Source of the DNA: Macrostomum lignano
Lineage: Eukaryota
Reading direction: 5' to 3'
Assembly (NCBI GenBank): GCA_002269645.1
Contig: NIVC01000075.1
Span: forward strand, 62,001 to 126,000
DNA length: 64,000 bases
Part shown: piece after piece, positions 1 to 10,369 of the stretch
Position numbering within the stretch: position 1 is the stretch's first letter
Layout of the letters: every line of letters starts with the position of its first letter
Position numbers and translations under genes: made by a program
The notes under the pieces: model-generated
What the model was told of the DNA's origin: nothing
The model's database searches: none
The model's input: only the letters and a program-made list of their open reading frames with translations

Positions 1-3000
1 AGAAGCGTGATGTAAAAAATCTTAGAAGCGTCATGTAAACAATCATAGAAGTGTCATGTAAAATCATAGATGCGTCATGTAAACAATCATAGAAGCGTCA
101 TGTAAAAAATCATAGAAGCGTCATGTAAAAAATCATAGAAGCGTCATGTAAACAATCATTGAAGCGTCATGTAAAAATCATTGAAGCGTCATAAAAAATC
201 ATAGAAGCTTCATGTAAAAAATCATAGAAGCGTCATGTAAACAATCATAGAAGTGTCATGTAAAAAATCGTAGAAGCGTCATGAAAAAATCATAGAAGCG
301 TCATGTAAACAATCATAGAAGTGTCATGTAAAATCATAGATGCGTCATGTAAACAATCATAGAAGCGTCATGTAAAAATCATAGAAGCGTCATGTAAAAA
401 ATCATAGAAGCGTCATGTAAACAATCATTGAAGCGTCATGTAAACAATCATAGAAGCGTCATAAAAAATCATAGAAGCGTCATGTAAAAAATCATAGAAG
501 CGTCATGTAAACAATCATAGAAGCGTCATGTAAAAAATCGTAGAAGCGTCATGAAAAAATCATAGAAGCGTCATGTAAACAATCATAGAAGCGTCATGTA
601 AAAAATCATAGAAGCGTCATGTAAAAAATCATAGAAGCGTAATGTAAACAATCATAGACGTGTCATGTAAAAATCATAGAAGCGTCATGTAAAAATCATA
701 GAAGCGTCATGTAAACAATCATAGAAGCGTCATGTAAAAATCATAGAAGCGTCATGTAAACAATCATTGAAGCGTCATGTAAAAATCATTTAAGCGTCAT
801 GTAAAAATCATAGAAGCGTCATGTAAACAATCATAGAAGCGTAATGTAAAAGCAAAGAAGCGTCATGTAAAGATCATAGAAGCGTCATGTAAAAAAATCA
901 TAGAAGCGTCATGTAAAAAATCATAGAAGCGTCATGTAAAAAATCATAGAAGCGTCATGTAAAAATCATGAAGCGTCATGAAAAAATCATAGAAGCGTAA
1001 TGTAAAAAATCATAGAAGCGTCATGTAAAAAATCATAGAAGCGTCATGTAAAAAATCATAGAAGCGTGATGTAAAAAATCATAGAAGCGTCATGTAAACA
1101 ATCATAGAAGTGTCATGTAAAATCATAGATGCGTCATGTAAACAATCATAGAAGCGTCATGTAAAAATCATAGAAGCGTCATGTAAAAAATCATAGAAGC
1201 GTCATGTAAACAATCATTGAAGCGTCATGTAAAAATCATTGAAGCGTCATAAAAAATCATAGAAGCGTCATGTAAAAAATCATAGAAGCGTCATGTAAAC
1301 AATCATAGAAGTGTCATGTAAAAAATCGTAGAAGCGTCATGAAAAAATCATAGATGCGTCATGTAAACAATCATAGAAGCGTCATGTAAAAAATCATAGA
1401 AGCGTCATGTAAAAAATCATAGAAGCGTCATGTAAACAATCATTGAAGCGTCATGTAAACAATCATAGAAGCGTCATAAAAAATCATAGAAGCGTCATGT
1501 AAAAAATCATAGAAGCGTCATGTAAACAATCATAGAAGCGTCATGTAAAAAATCGTAGAAGCGTCATGAAAAAATCATAGAAGCGTCATGTAAACAATCA
1601 TAGAAGCGTCATGTAAAAAATCATAGAAGCGTCATGTAAGAAATCATAGAAGCGTCATGTAAACAATCATAGAAGTGTCATGTAAAAATCATAGAAGCGT
1701 CATGTAAAAATCATAGAAGCGTCATGTAAACAATCATTGAAGCGTCATGTAAAAATCATAGAAGCGTCATGTAAACAATCATTGAAGCGTCATGTAAAAA
1801 TCATTTAAGCGTCATGTAAAAATCATAGAAGCGTCATGTAAACAATCATAGAAGCGTAATGTAAAAGCAAAGAAGCGTCATGTAAAGATCATAGAAGCGT
1901 CATGTAAAAAAATCATAGAAGCGTCATGTAAAAAATCATAGAAGCGTCATGTAAAAAATCATAGAAGCGTCATGTAAAAATCATGGAAGCGTCATGAAAA
2001 AATCATAGAAGCGTAATGTAAAAAATCATAGAAGCGTCAAGTAAAAATCATAGAAGCGTCAAGTAAAAAATCATAGAAGCGTCATGTAAAAAATCATAGA
2101 AGCGTCATGAAAAAATCATTAAAGCGTCATGTAAAAATCATGAAAGCGTCATGTAAAAGGCATAGAAGCGTCATGAAAAAATCATAGAAGCGTCAAGTAA
2201 AAAATCATAGAAGCGTCAAGTAAAAATCATTAAAGCGTCATGTAAAAATCATAGAAGCGTCATGTAAAAATCATAGAAGCGTCAAGTAAAAAATCATAGA
2301 AGCGTCATGTAAACAATCATTGAAGCGTCATGTAAAAATCATTTAAGCGTCATGTAAAAATCATAGAAGCGTCATGTAAACAATCATAGAAGCGTAATGT
2401 AAAAGCAAAGAAGCGTCATGTAAAGATCATAGAAGCGTCATGTAAAAAAATCATAGAAGCGTCATGTAAAAAATCATAGAAGCGTCATGTAAAAAATCAT
2501 AGAAGCGTCATGTAAAAATCATGAAGCGTCATGAAAAAATCATAGAAGCGTAATGTAAAAAATCATAGAAGCGTCATGTAAAAAATCATAGAAGCGTCAT
2601 GTAAAAAATCATAGAAGCGTGATGTAAAAAATCATAGAAGCGTCATGTAAACAATCATAGAAGTGTCATGTAAAATCATAGATGCGTCATGTAAACAATC
2701 ATAGAAGCGTCATGTAAAAAATCATAGAAGCGTCATGTAAAAAATCATAGAAGCGTCATGTAAACAATCATTGAAGCGTCATGTAAAAATCATTGAAGCG
2801 TCATAAAAAATCATAGAAGCGTCATGTAAAAAATCATAGAAGCGTCATGTAAACAATCATAGAAGTGTCATGTAAAAAATCGTAGAAGCGTCATGAAAAA
2901 ATCATAGATGCGTCATGTAAACAATCATAGAAGCGTCATGTAAAAAATCATAGAAGCGTCATGTAAAAAATCATAGAAGCGTCATGTAAACAATCATTGA

Positions 3001-3910
3001 AGCGTCATGTAAACAATCATAGAAGCGTCATAAAAAATCATAGAAGCGTCATGTAAAAAATCATAGAAGCGTCATGTAAACAATCATAGAAGCGTCATGT
3101 AAAAAATCGTAGAAGCGTCATGAAAAAATCATAGAAGCGTCATGTAAACAATCATAGAAGCGTCATGTAAAAAATCATAGAAGCGTCATGTAAGAAATCA
3201 TAGAAGCGTCATGTAAACAATCATAGAAGTGTCATGTAAAAATCATAGAAGCGTCATGTAAAAATCATAGAAGCGTCATGTAAACAATCATTGAAGCGTC
3301 ATGTAAAAATCATAGAAGCGTCATGTAAACAATCATTGAAGCGTCATGTAAAAATCATTTAAGCGTCATGTAAAAATCATAGAAGCGTCATGTAAACAAT
3401 CATAGAAGCGTAATGTAAAAGCAAAGAAGCGTCATGTAAAGATCATAGAAGCGTCATGTAAAAAAATCATAGAAGCGTCATGTAAAAAATCATAGAAGCG
3501 TCATGTAAAAAATCATAGAAGCGTCATGTAAAAATCATGGAAGCGTCATGAAAAAATCATAGAAGCGTAATGTAAAAAATCATAGAAGCGTCAAGTAAAA
3601 ATCATAGAAGCGTCAAGTAAAAAATCATAGAAGCGTCATGTAAAAAATCATAGAAGCGTCATGAAAAAATCATTAAAGCGTCATGTAAAAATCATGAAAG
3701 CGTCATGTAAAAGGCATAGAAGCGTCATGAAAAAATCATAGAAGCGTCAAGTAAAAAATCATAGAAGCGTCAAGTAAAAATCATTAAAGCGTCATGTAAA
3801 AATCATAGAAGCGTCATGTAAAAATCATAGAAGCGTCATGTAAAAAATCATAGAAGCGTCATGTAAAAATCATGGAAGCGTCATGAAAAAATCATAGAAG
3901 CGTCATTTAA
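1..3910. repeat. Satellite array, ~23-24 bp unit (ATCATAGAAGCGTCATGTAAAAA), running off the left edge
   Basis: Directly visible tandem units with recurrent variants (AAACAAT, CATTGAAG, AGCAAAGAAG); degenerates at ~3900. Confidence 0.97.
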
Positions 3911-4764
3911 AAAATAAGGAAGCATCATGGTAGAATAAAAGAAGCGTCATGTCAGACATGAAGGGTTCATGTAAAAATTAAATGCAGCTATAATGCTGTG
4001 CTGGGGAGAAAAACAGACGTAAAGGCTCTCAGAGAATAACTGAGATTACAGGGGGGGGGGGTTTCTGAGATGTCAAAGCAAAAGCCGGAAGCTACTTCAA
4101 AGTTCATGTACTTTACTCAATTTTTTTATTGCATTCTTTGTTGGCTCGCCACGGGGTGAGGCGCTGATAGAAGAAGAGTCATGTAAAAAATAAAAGTGGC
4201 ACTATGTATACATAAAAGAAAAGTCATGTCAAAGTTTCATTTGGGAATTGCTTACAATGTCAAAGCTTGGTGGAAATCGTTATAGTGCTGTGATTCTTAA
4301 AGAAGGAATCACTAAAATGTCAAGGCTTAGGGGAGAAGAATTGCTGAGATTTCAAGACTTTAGGTTGGGTTAAAGTTAGGTTTAGGTCAGGTGTGGTTTG
4401 AGGGTTATATTTTATCGGGTTTCAAGTTTAACAGGGGGTTTTTTAGATGTCAAGGTTTTTTGGGGGCCATCGCTGACATGTCAAGGCTTACGGGGGGAAT
4501 AGCTGAGATGTCAAGGCTCACGGGGGTATAAATGAGATTTCAAGGCTAAAGTCAGAAGCTACATGTAGTTTATTGAAAACTTTTTATTACATTATTTGAT
4601 GCCTCGTCAGGGGAGGGATCGCTGATAAAAATAAAAAAAGCTTCATGTCGAAGTTAAGAGATTCATTTGGGAATCCCTACGATGTCGAGGCTTGCAGGGA
4701 ATCGCTATAATGCTGTAGTAGTGCTATAATGACTCTTAGAGAGAATTACTGAAATTTCAATGCT

Positions 4765-4839
4765 TTAGGGTTAGGGTTAGGGTTAGGGTTAGGTTAGGGT
4801 TATGGTTAGGGTTAGGGTTAGGTTTAGGGTTAGGGTTAG
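4765..4839 (+). repeat. Interstitial telomere-type repeat (TTAGGG)n, ~12.5 units, 9 perfect
   Basis: Read directly; lies inside the Helitron-like element. Confidence 0.95.
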
Positions 4840-5067
4840 AAGGTTGATTGACAGATATTTTTAGATTTCCAAGGCTTATTGGGGGCATTGCTGAGATGTC
4901 AAGGGGGGAAGTTGATATGTTAAAGCTTGTGGGGGGGAATTACTGACATGTCAAGGCTTACAAGGTTTGACAGGAGATTTTTTAAGATTTCAAGGATACA
5001 TGTAGCTTATTAAAAAAACGTGTATTGCATTTCTTTGGCTCCCCAACGGGGGGCGTAGATTGCTAGT

Positions 5068-7578
5068 CAATTAACTAAGAAAGGTATTCAAAACTTTAGG
5101 GAAAAGTGGACCAAGAAACATGACGAGGCTTTCCAGCAGTTGAAGCAGAGAATGACATCGACCGAAGTACTCGCGTACCCAGAATTCTCAGAGAACGAGA
5201 ATGTTCGAATGGTATTAGACACCGACGCAAGCGAAGACCGAATTGGTGCTTGCCTGGGTCAAATACAATCGGACGGGGTTGAAAGACCCATTGCTTACTT
5301 CAGCAGAGCAATGAAAGAGTCTGAGAAAAGATATCCGATTACCAGAAAAGAGCTATTAGCGCTAGTAGATGGCATGAAACACTTCCGATTTTACCTAATT
5401 GGCAAAAGGTTTCTGGCCCGCACAGACCACAAGGCAATTCTATGGTTACTGCGCCAGACCGAAGCCCAAGGAATTCTCGGAAGATGGATTGAAAGACTGA
5501 GTGAGTTTCAATACGATATTGAGCACCGCAGTGGAGCCAAACATTCCAACGCAGATGGATTGTCACGGCGACCCTCGGAACCACCAGTTGAACAGAAAGA
5601 TGCTAAGATCAAAGAGAATGAGGCCGAAATTCCTAAGATGACAATAGAAACCAGCGCTGTGAAACAAGTCGTGACTAACAGCGTGAAAGATCAGAGTTGC
5701 CAGACCGACTTCACAGAAGAGTATGAATCAGATTCCGAAGACGAATTCGCAGATGATGAATACGAAGATGCCAGTGATCAGTTCGAAGATAATGATGACA
5801 TCTATGAAGATGCAAGAGACTATTTCGAAGAGGAAGAGACAGTGTGCAGAAAGCTTCTGACAGATTACCTCTCGGTTCCATTGAAGAAAGAGCAGCTGAC
5901 TTCAGCGCAGCATGCTGATCCTTCTATAAGAACCTTGATGGACTGGAAGCAGAAGAAAGTGCGTGAGCCGAATTTGCCAGAAAATGCATCCGGAGAGTTG
6001 AAGAAGATGGTTAAGTTCTACGAGCAGATGAAAATCGAAGATGAAATGCTGACAGTCAGTGAAGACGGTAAACGGAAAGTAGTATTGCCAGAAAGGATTG
6101 AGAAAGATGTATTCAAAGAGCTGCATGACAGTCCGCTAGCAGGCCACCTAGGTCGGGACAAGACGCTACAGCGAGTCCGAGACCGATTCTGGAGGCCGGG
6201 GTTAGTGACTGCAGTTGAAAAGTACATCGCAGAATGCATCCCGTGTCTGGAAAGTAAAAGCGGAAATAAAGTACGAGCACCGGTGCAGACCTTTCCGATA
6301 TGCGAGCCATTTCATCGGCTGCACATAGATTTGATCGGTCCAATATCAAAGGAAAGCAGAAGAGGACACCGATATGTACTTACTGTCGTAGATAGTACAA
6401 CAAAGTTCCCATTCGCTTTTCCGGTTCGGAATCAGAAATCCGCGACTGTTATCAAAACGATACAAGAGAGAATTTTCAGCGAGTATGGCCAGTGTCAATG
6501 GATACACACTGATAATGGCAAGACTTTTGTAAGTCACCAATTTCAGGCATTCTGTACCCTATACGGCATTAAGCATACTTGCACTACGCCTTACCATGCT
6601 CAGAGTAACGGGCTTGTCGAAAGATTTAACAAGCAAATTAAATCGATTGTAACCTGTTTGATTGAAAAGGATCATTCAGATTGGGATCTGCTCATACCCG
6701 CCGCTCTGGTAGCTGTGCGAACCAGTGTTAATCAAACTACTGGGTTCACACCACACTACTTACTATTCGGGAGAGAAGCAGATTTGCCAATAGATAGCAT
6801 TGTGAAAAGGCCAAGACTATACCGAGACTATCCTAGCTATGTGCTGGATCATGCGAAGAGAATCGAGGAGACAAAAGCAATTGTGCGAAGACAACTCGAA
6901 AAGGTGCGAGAGAAAAGGCAAGAGGACGAAGTTGAGAATCGTCAGCCTAAAAATGTGCCAGTTGGCTGTCTCGCTCTCATCAACAATCCTCAACTTCACC
7001 AAGAGGAGAGCCACAAATTTCATCGAAAGAAAAGAGCAGCCTATCGAGTTCTTGCGAAGATATCTGATACAGTTTTCCGTGTGCAAAGAGAAATCAATGG
7101 CGAAAGGAGCGGAGAAAAACTATTAGTACATAGAAATAATCTGACTCCAGTGCCGAAATCCGAAATTGATTTACCAGAGGAAATTAATAATAATTTAAAA
7201 CCAGCACCAGTGCCAACTAAGAAGAAAGAACAGCCGAAGCCGAAGAAAAGAATTTGCCATAGACAAAAAGAAGTTAGAATTCCAGAAGTTCAAATTTTAG
7301 AGGAGGAAAGCTCAGACGAAGAAAACAGAATTCAATGGAGAGTATTCGCAGATCCGAATTCGCAGAGTGAAAACGAAGGAAATGAAGAAGTAAACAGTGA
7401 AAATACAGAGAGAGCGACTGACTCAGATGAGCCATCAGAAGAAGAAGAAGGAGCATTAGAGTTAGAGGAGGAACGAGTTCAGCCAGAGAATAGGTATAAC
7501 TTTAGGATGACTCAGCGAAGGAGAGAAAGAGAAGGCGCGACAGATTTGTGCCCCGAAGGCGCTACGCGAAATATTTAG
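5068..7578 (+). CDS. pol: Gypsy pol, 5'-interrupted: RT connection, RNase H, acidic linker, integrase
   Basis: The frame is open from 5068 (QLTKKGIQNFREKWTKKHDEAFQQLK), upstream of the ORF-track start. RNase H motifs: DTDASEDRIGA, ELLALV, TDHKAI, HRSGAKHSNADGLSR. Integrase: HHCC (HDSPLAGH...CIPC) and DDE core (HIDLIG, HTDNG, SNGLVERFN). Confidence 0.95.
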   Translation, partial: QLTKKGIQNFREKWTKKHDEAFQQLKQRMTSTEVLAYPEFSENENVRMVLDTDASEDRIGACLGQIQSDGVERPIAYFSRAMKESEKRYPITRKELLALVDGMKHFRFYLIGKRFLARTDHKAILWLLRQTEAQGILGRWIERLSEFQYDIEHRSGAKHSNADGLSRRPSEPPVEQKDAKIKENEAEIPKMTIETSAVKQVVTNSVKDQSCQTDFTEEYESDSEDEFADDEYEDASDQFEDNDDIYEDARDYFEEEETVCRKLLTDYLSVPLKKEQLTSAQHADPSIRTLMDWKQKKVREPNLPENASGELKKMVKFYEQMKIEDEMLTVSEDGKRKVVLPERIEKDVFKELHDSPLAGHLGRDKTLQRVRDRFWRPGLVTAVEKYIAECIPCLESKSGNKVRAPVQTFPICEPFHRLHIDLIGPISKESRRGHRYVLTVVDSTTKFPFAFPVRNQKSATVIKTIQERIFSEYGQCQWIHTDNGKTFVSHQFQAFCTLYGIKHTCTTPYHAQSNGLVERFNKQIKSIVTCLIEKDHSDWDLLIPAALVAVRTSVNQTTGFTPHYLLFGREADLPIDSIVKRPRLYRDYPSYVLDHAKRIEETKAIVRRQLEKVREKRQEDEVENRQPKNVPVGCLALINNPQLHQEESHKFHRKKRAAYRVLAKISDTVFRVQREINGERSGEKLLVHRNNLTPVPKSEIDLPEEINNNLKPAPVPTKKKEQPKPKKRICHRQKEVRIPEVQILEEESSDEENRIQWRVFADPNSQSENEGNEEVNSENTERATDSDEPSEEEEGALELEEERVQPENRYNFRMTQRRREREGATDLCPEGATRNI

Positions 7579-7835
7579 CACCTTAAATCATGACGTAAGC
7601 AATTTCCCATAAGAAACAGTGTTAAATAGTTAAAATTCCGTATTAGAATTACTTATCTGCTTATAAAATTTGACATGCTGTACATAGAGCGAATCTGTAA
7701 ATACCATATTAATCTACAAAATGCGATCTTTAATTTGATACTTTACTCAAGAAAATCTATCAAAAAATAAAAAAGTTATAAAAAGAAATAGAAAATCCAT
7801 AAAAATTTAGTTGTCAAATCTGTCAAATCTGGCAT

Positions 7836-7945
7836 GCCCCGCCCCACGCGCGAGGGGAGTGCTTCGAAGAGGTCCAGTTTTTCGGCCCGCCAGCCTATAA
7901 ATACGAGCACCCCGCAGGCCCCACAGATCCCATAGCTCACTGCTA
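7836..7945 (+). promoter_or_regulatory. Putative Pol II core promoter for the extra ORF
   Basis: GC box GCCCCGCCCC at 7836-7845, TATAAATA at 7896-7903, Inr-like CTCACT ~35 nt downstream, and CAAAATG start context at 7987. Confidence 0.55.
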
Positions 7946-7986
7946 GCTTCCTTTCTATTCTAAGAGCCATTCGCAGAGAAATCAAA

Positions 7987-8862
7987 ATGAACAACTCTAT
8001 TGATATCTTGGACGAGTTAATTGGCAATCTGTCAGACGATATGGAGCCCCAGCCAGCGCCCAACACCGATGAAAATGAGGCACCGCTTCGATGTACAACA
8101 CGTCCAAAGGCGCCTGGTGTATCCAGCAAACGGCCAAGAACATCATCGCCAGCTTCATCGCCTTGCCGCCAAATGAGGGTCGAAGGCCCCGAGCAGAAGC
8201 GCGCCGCCCTGGTGGCAGCACAGGCAGCTGCGCCCGTGCGCTCCTATGTTGTCAAGGCCACGCCAGGATCATCGACATCAAGCCGAACGCAGCAGTTGGT
8301 GTCACCGCCAGCTGCCCCATCATCGAGAAAGACCCCGGCACCACGGCAGAAGAAATCGACAGCTGCGACACCGCCAGCTCAGCAGCCAGCGTCGCAGCCG
8401 AGCCTGCAATCAGCGCAGCAGTCAGCGCTGCAGCCGAGCCTGCAATCAGCGCAGCAGTCTAGCCAGCCATCAGCACTACAGCCGAGCCAGCAGCAATCGA
8501 ATTCGCAGAGAGATTTTCATCGCATCGTCCGAGAACTTGTGGAGACTCGCGGAGCAGAGGTGGAAAAGCTACGCTTCCACATTGAGCAATACGCACTGAA
8601 AGTAGCATACCACCGATCCGACAGCCGACAGCGCTACCCCCAATGCTCGCAAATTTGGACACACCTGAAGTTTCTGAGGGATCAATTCAGTTACCAGGAA
8701 GCTGTCGCTGTTCTCCAGGACGTCGCCTATCGCCTCCAGCGAGCTATAAGAGCCAACCCGCCGCCAGCGCTGACGGTCCTCGACGAAGAGTACCGATGGT
8801 TTTTCGCTCAAGTCGGCTGGCCCTACTATCGCGACCTCCCGGAACCCTGCATGTTTATCTGA
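7987..8862 (+). CDS. Intact 291-aa accessory ORF of Gypsy A, unknown function
   Basis: ATG to TGA with no stops. P/S/A/Q-rich N-terminal two thirds with a duplicated QPSLQSAQQS, and a complex, probably helical, C-terminal ~115 aa. No signal peptide or TM segment is seen. Confidence 0.7.
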   Translation: MNNSIDILDELIGNLSDDMEPQPAPNTDENEAPLRCTTRPKAPGVSSKRPRTSSPASSPCRQMRVEGPEQKRAALVAAQAAAPVRSYVVKATPGSSTSSRTQQLVSPPAAPSSRKTPAPRQKKSTAATPPAQQPASQPSLQSAQQSALQPSLQSAQQSSQPSALQPSQQQSNSQRDFHRIVRELVETRGAEVEKLRFHIEQYALKVAYHRSDSRQRYPQCSQIWTHLKFLRDQFSYQEAVAVLQDVAYRLQRAIRANPPPALTVLDEEYRWFFAQVGWPYYRDLPEPCMFI

Positions 8863-9145
8863 ACTACTGAGGTGAACTAACTTTTGCGTTGCCTTTAATA
8901 ACAATTTTGCCTTTTATAATACTTTTATAATAGTTCGCTTTGCTTCCATAATAGTTCTCACTTTAATGGTTTACCTACATAATAGTTCTATCACAACCAT
9001 TTTATGCACCAATTGTTTTAGCACTGAATTGTGTTTTCTGCACCTTGCTTTGCACCTTTTCACCTGCATTTTCCTACGATATCAATTTTTCACTGTATAC
9101 ATATAATATAGTATTTCGTTCAAAATTTGATATATAGAGGAGGAA

Positions 9146-9826
9146 AGTTGTACTAGTGCTATGCCTTTATCATAGTATACTCGAATGTTCTTTCAATGTA
9201 ATAACTGTATATTCGAATCTTTCTTAGAAACTGAATCTACGCGAACGCCAAATAATAGTTTGTTTTAATGCGCGAAATAAATTGGAGAATTATTTTTTTG
9301 TTTTAATCGTATGTGGGGGAAATCACTATATATAGGAGTGGTTTCGCGACAAATATACTCCAACTGTCTTTTACTCGTGAGCAAATAATTGCGAACAGAA
9401 TAAGCAGTTCAATCTAAACCATTTCAAAGTCTTTGAGCTAAATAGCGACTTATTTATTTGCAAAACCTGTGAAACGATTCTAAGAAATTTGCTAAGAGAA
9501 GGGAATTGGGACTAATTCTTGGAGATATACCAAGAGAGGCGCCGTGACCCTCTAGTCTCGGTGAACGCCCGATTAGGACTATACACTAATACATATACCA
9601 GTACTAGACCGCTCAGGCCATAAGCTACTAGAACGCTACCAGAAAGCAAGCCATAAGCTACCAGAAACGCTACTAAGAACGCTACTAAGAACGCTACCCA
9701 GAAATATTTAAATGAAATTCTAAGAAATAGTTAGGGAGTAAAAGCAAGTATAATCAGGATAACTGTAGTTGGCAAATCGGTGGGATTAAAATTGATAAAG
9801 TAAGAGGTGAAAGGCCTGTAACAACT
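9146..9826 (+). repeat. Putative LTR of Gypsy A (AGTTGTAC...GTAACAACT)
   Basis: Preceded by a PPT; inverted termini AGTTGT/ACAACT; internal TATATATA (~9328) and short tandem repeats (~9620-9700); followed by a PBS-like sequence. The partner LTR is not in the window. Confidence 0.55.
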
Positions 9827-9827
9827 T

Positions 9828-9846
9828 TGGTGGCAGCTCGTAGGAT
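9828..9846 (+). other. Primer-binding-site-like motif TGGTGGCAGCTCGTAGGAT (tRNA-Leu type)
   Basis: Close to TGGTGGCAGCGGTGGGAT, the complement of the tRNA-Leu(AAG) 3' end as recalled; lies 1 nt after the LTR end. Confidence 0.55.
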
Positions 9847-10369
9847 ATTTAATAAACACTAATAGTTAGAAGTTTAGAAAGACAGAGCCAAAAGGCCTGT
9901 CACACAATAGTTTAATTAACAAACAATTTGAGAAGAATGCCATTTTTCTTTTCTTGCCAACATTTGCTTGCAATGCTTTTTTCTACAAATCATTGCCCCT
10001 GCCTAATATTTAATAACTCACTCTTAATAAAGATAAAGACTAGGCCTAGCCTAAAAGTCAATGATGCTAGGCCTAATTGTCAATTGATGGCTTGATGCTA
10101 GGCCTAGGAATAATGCATCAATGCCAAGCCATCAATGCATACATGATACATCTTTCTTAGACCTATTTAAATATTTAATAGTATTATATTATAACATGTC
10201 CATGTCCATCCTCATTCCTCCATCTACTTGTTAAAATCCAATCCCAAGTGATTGTTGACTAATTCTGTGAAAAAATGTGCACTTTTGTTTCAAATTATCA
10301 GTAGTAAGCTATAAACTACTATTATCAATAAATATTATGCTTTAAATATTTGGAATAGGCCTATAACTT

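Larger units (their letters stand above)
1..5066 (+). mobile_element. Non-autonomous Helitron-like element, copy 1 (5' end outside window)
   Basis: Ends in GC hairpin GCTCCCC-AAC-GGGGGGC (5038-5054), a spacer, then CTAG (5063-5066) followed by T. ~3900-5066 is homologous block by block to 21750-22821. No Rep/helicase ORF is seen. Confidence 0.65.
5067..9826 (+). mobile_element. Ty3/Gypsy LTR retrotransposon A, 3' half (RT connection-RNase H-integrase, extra ORF, PPT, LTR)
   Basis: RNase H before integrase gives the Gypsy domain order; PPT-like AGAGGAGGAA at 9136-9145 is followed by an LTR-like segment. Confidence 0.9.

Noticed and set aside
1-3910. CRISPR-like array (also considered for 25886-28170 and 35233-35960)
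   Set aside because: Units are contiguous with no unique spacers, there are no cas genes, and the context is eukaryotic.
4765-4839. True chromosome end
   Set aside because: The tract is short, internal, and present at the homologous position in the second element copy.
7200-7578. Chromodomain at the integrase C-terminus
   Set aside because: The tail is basic then acidic low-complexity, with no aromatic-cage pattern recognised.
7987-8862. env gene
   Set aside because: No signal peptide, hydrophobic TM segment or Cys-rich ectodomain is visible.
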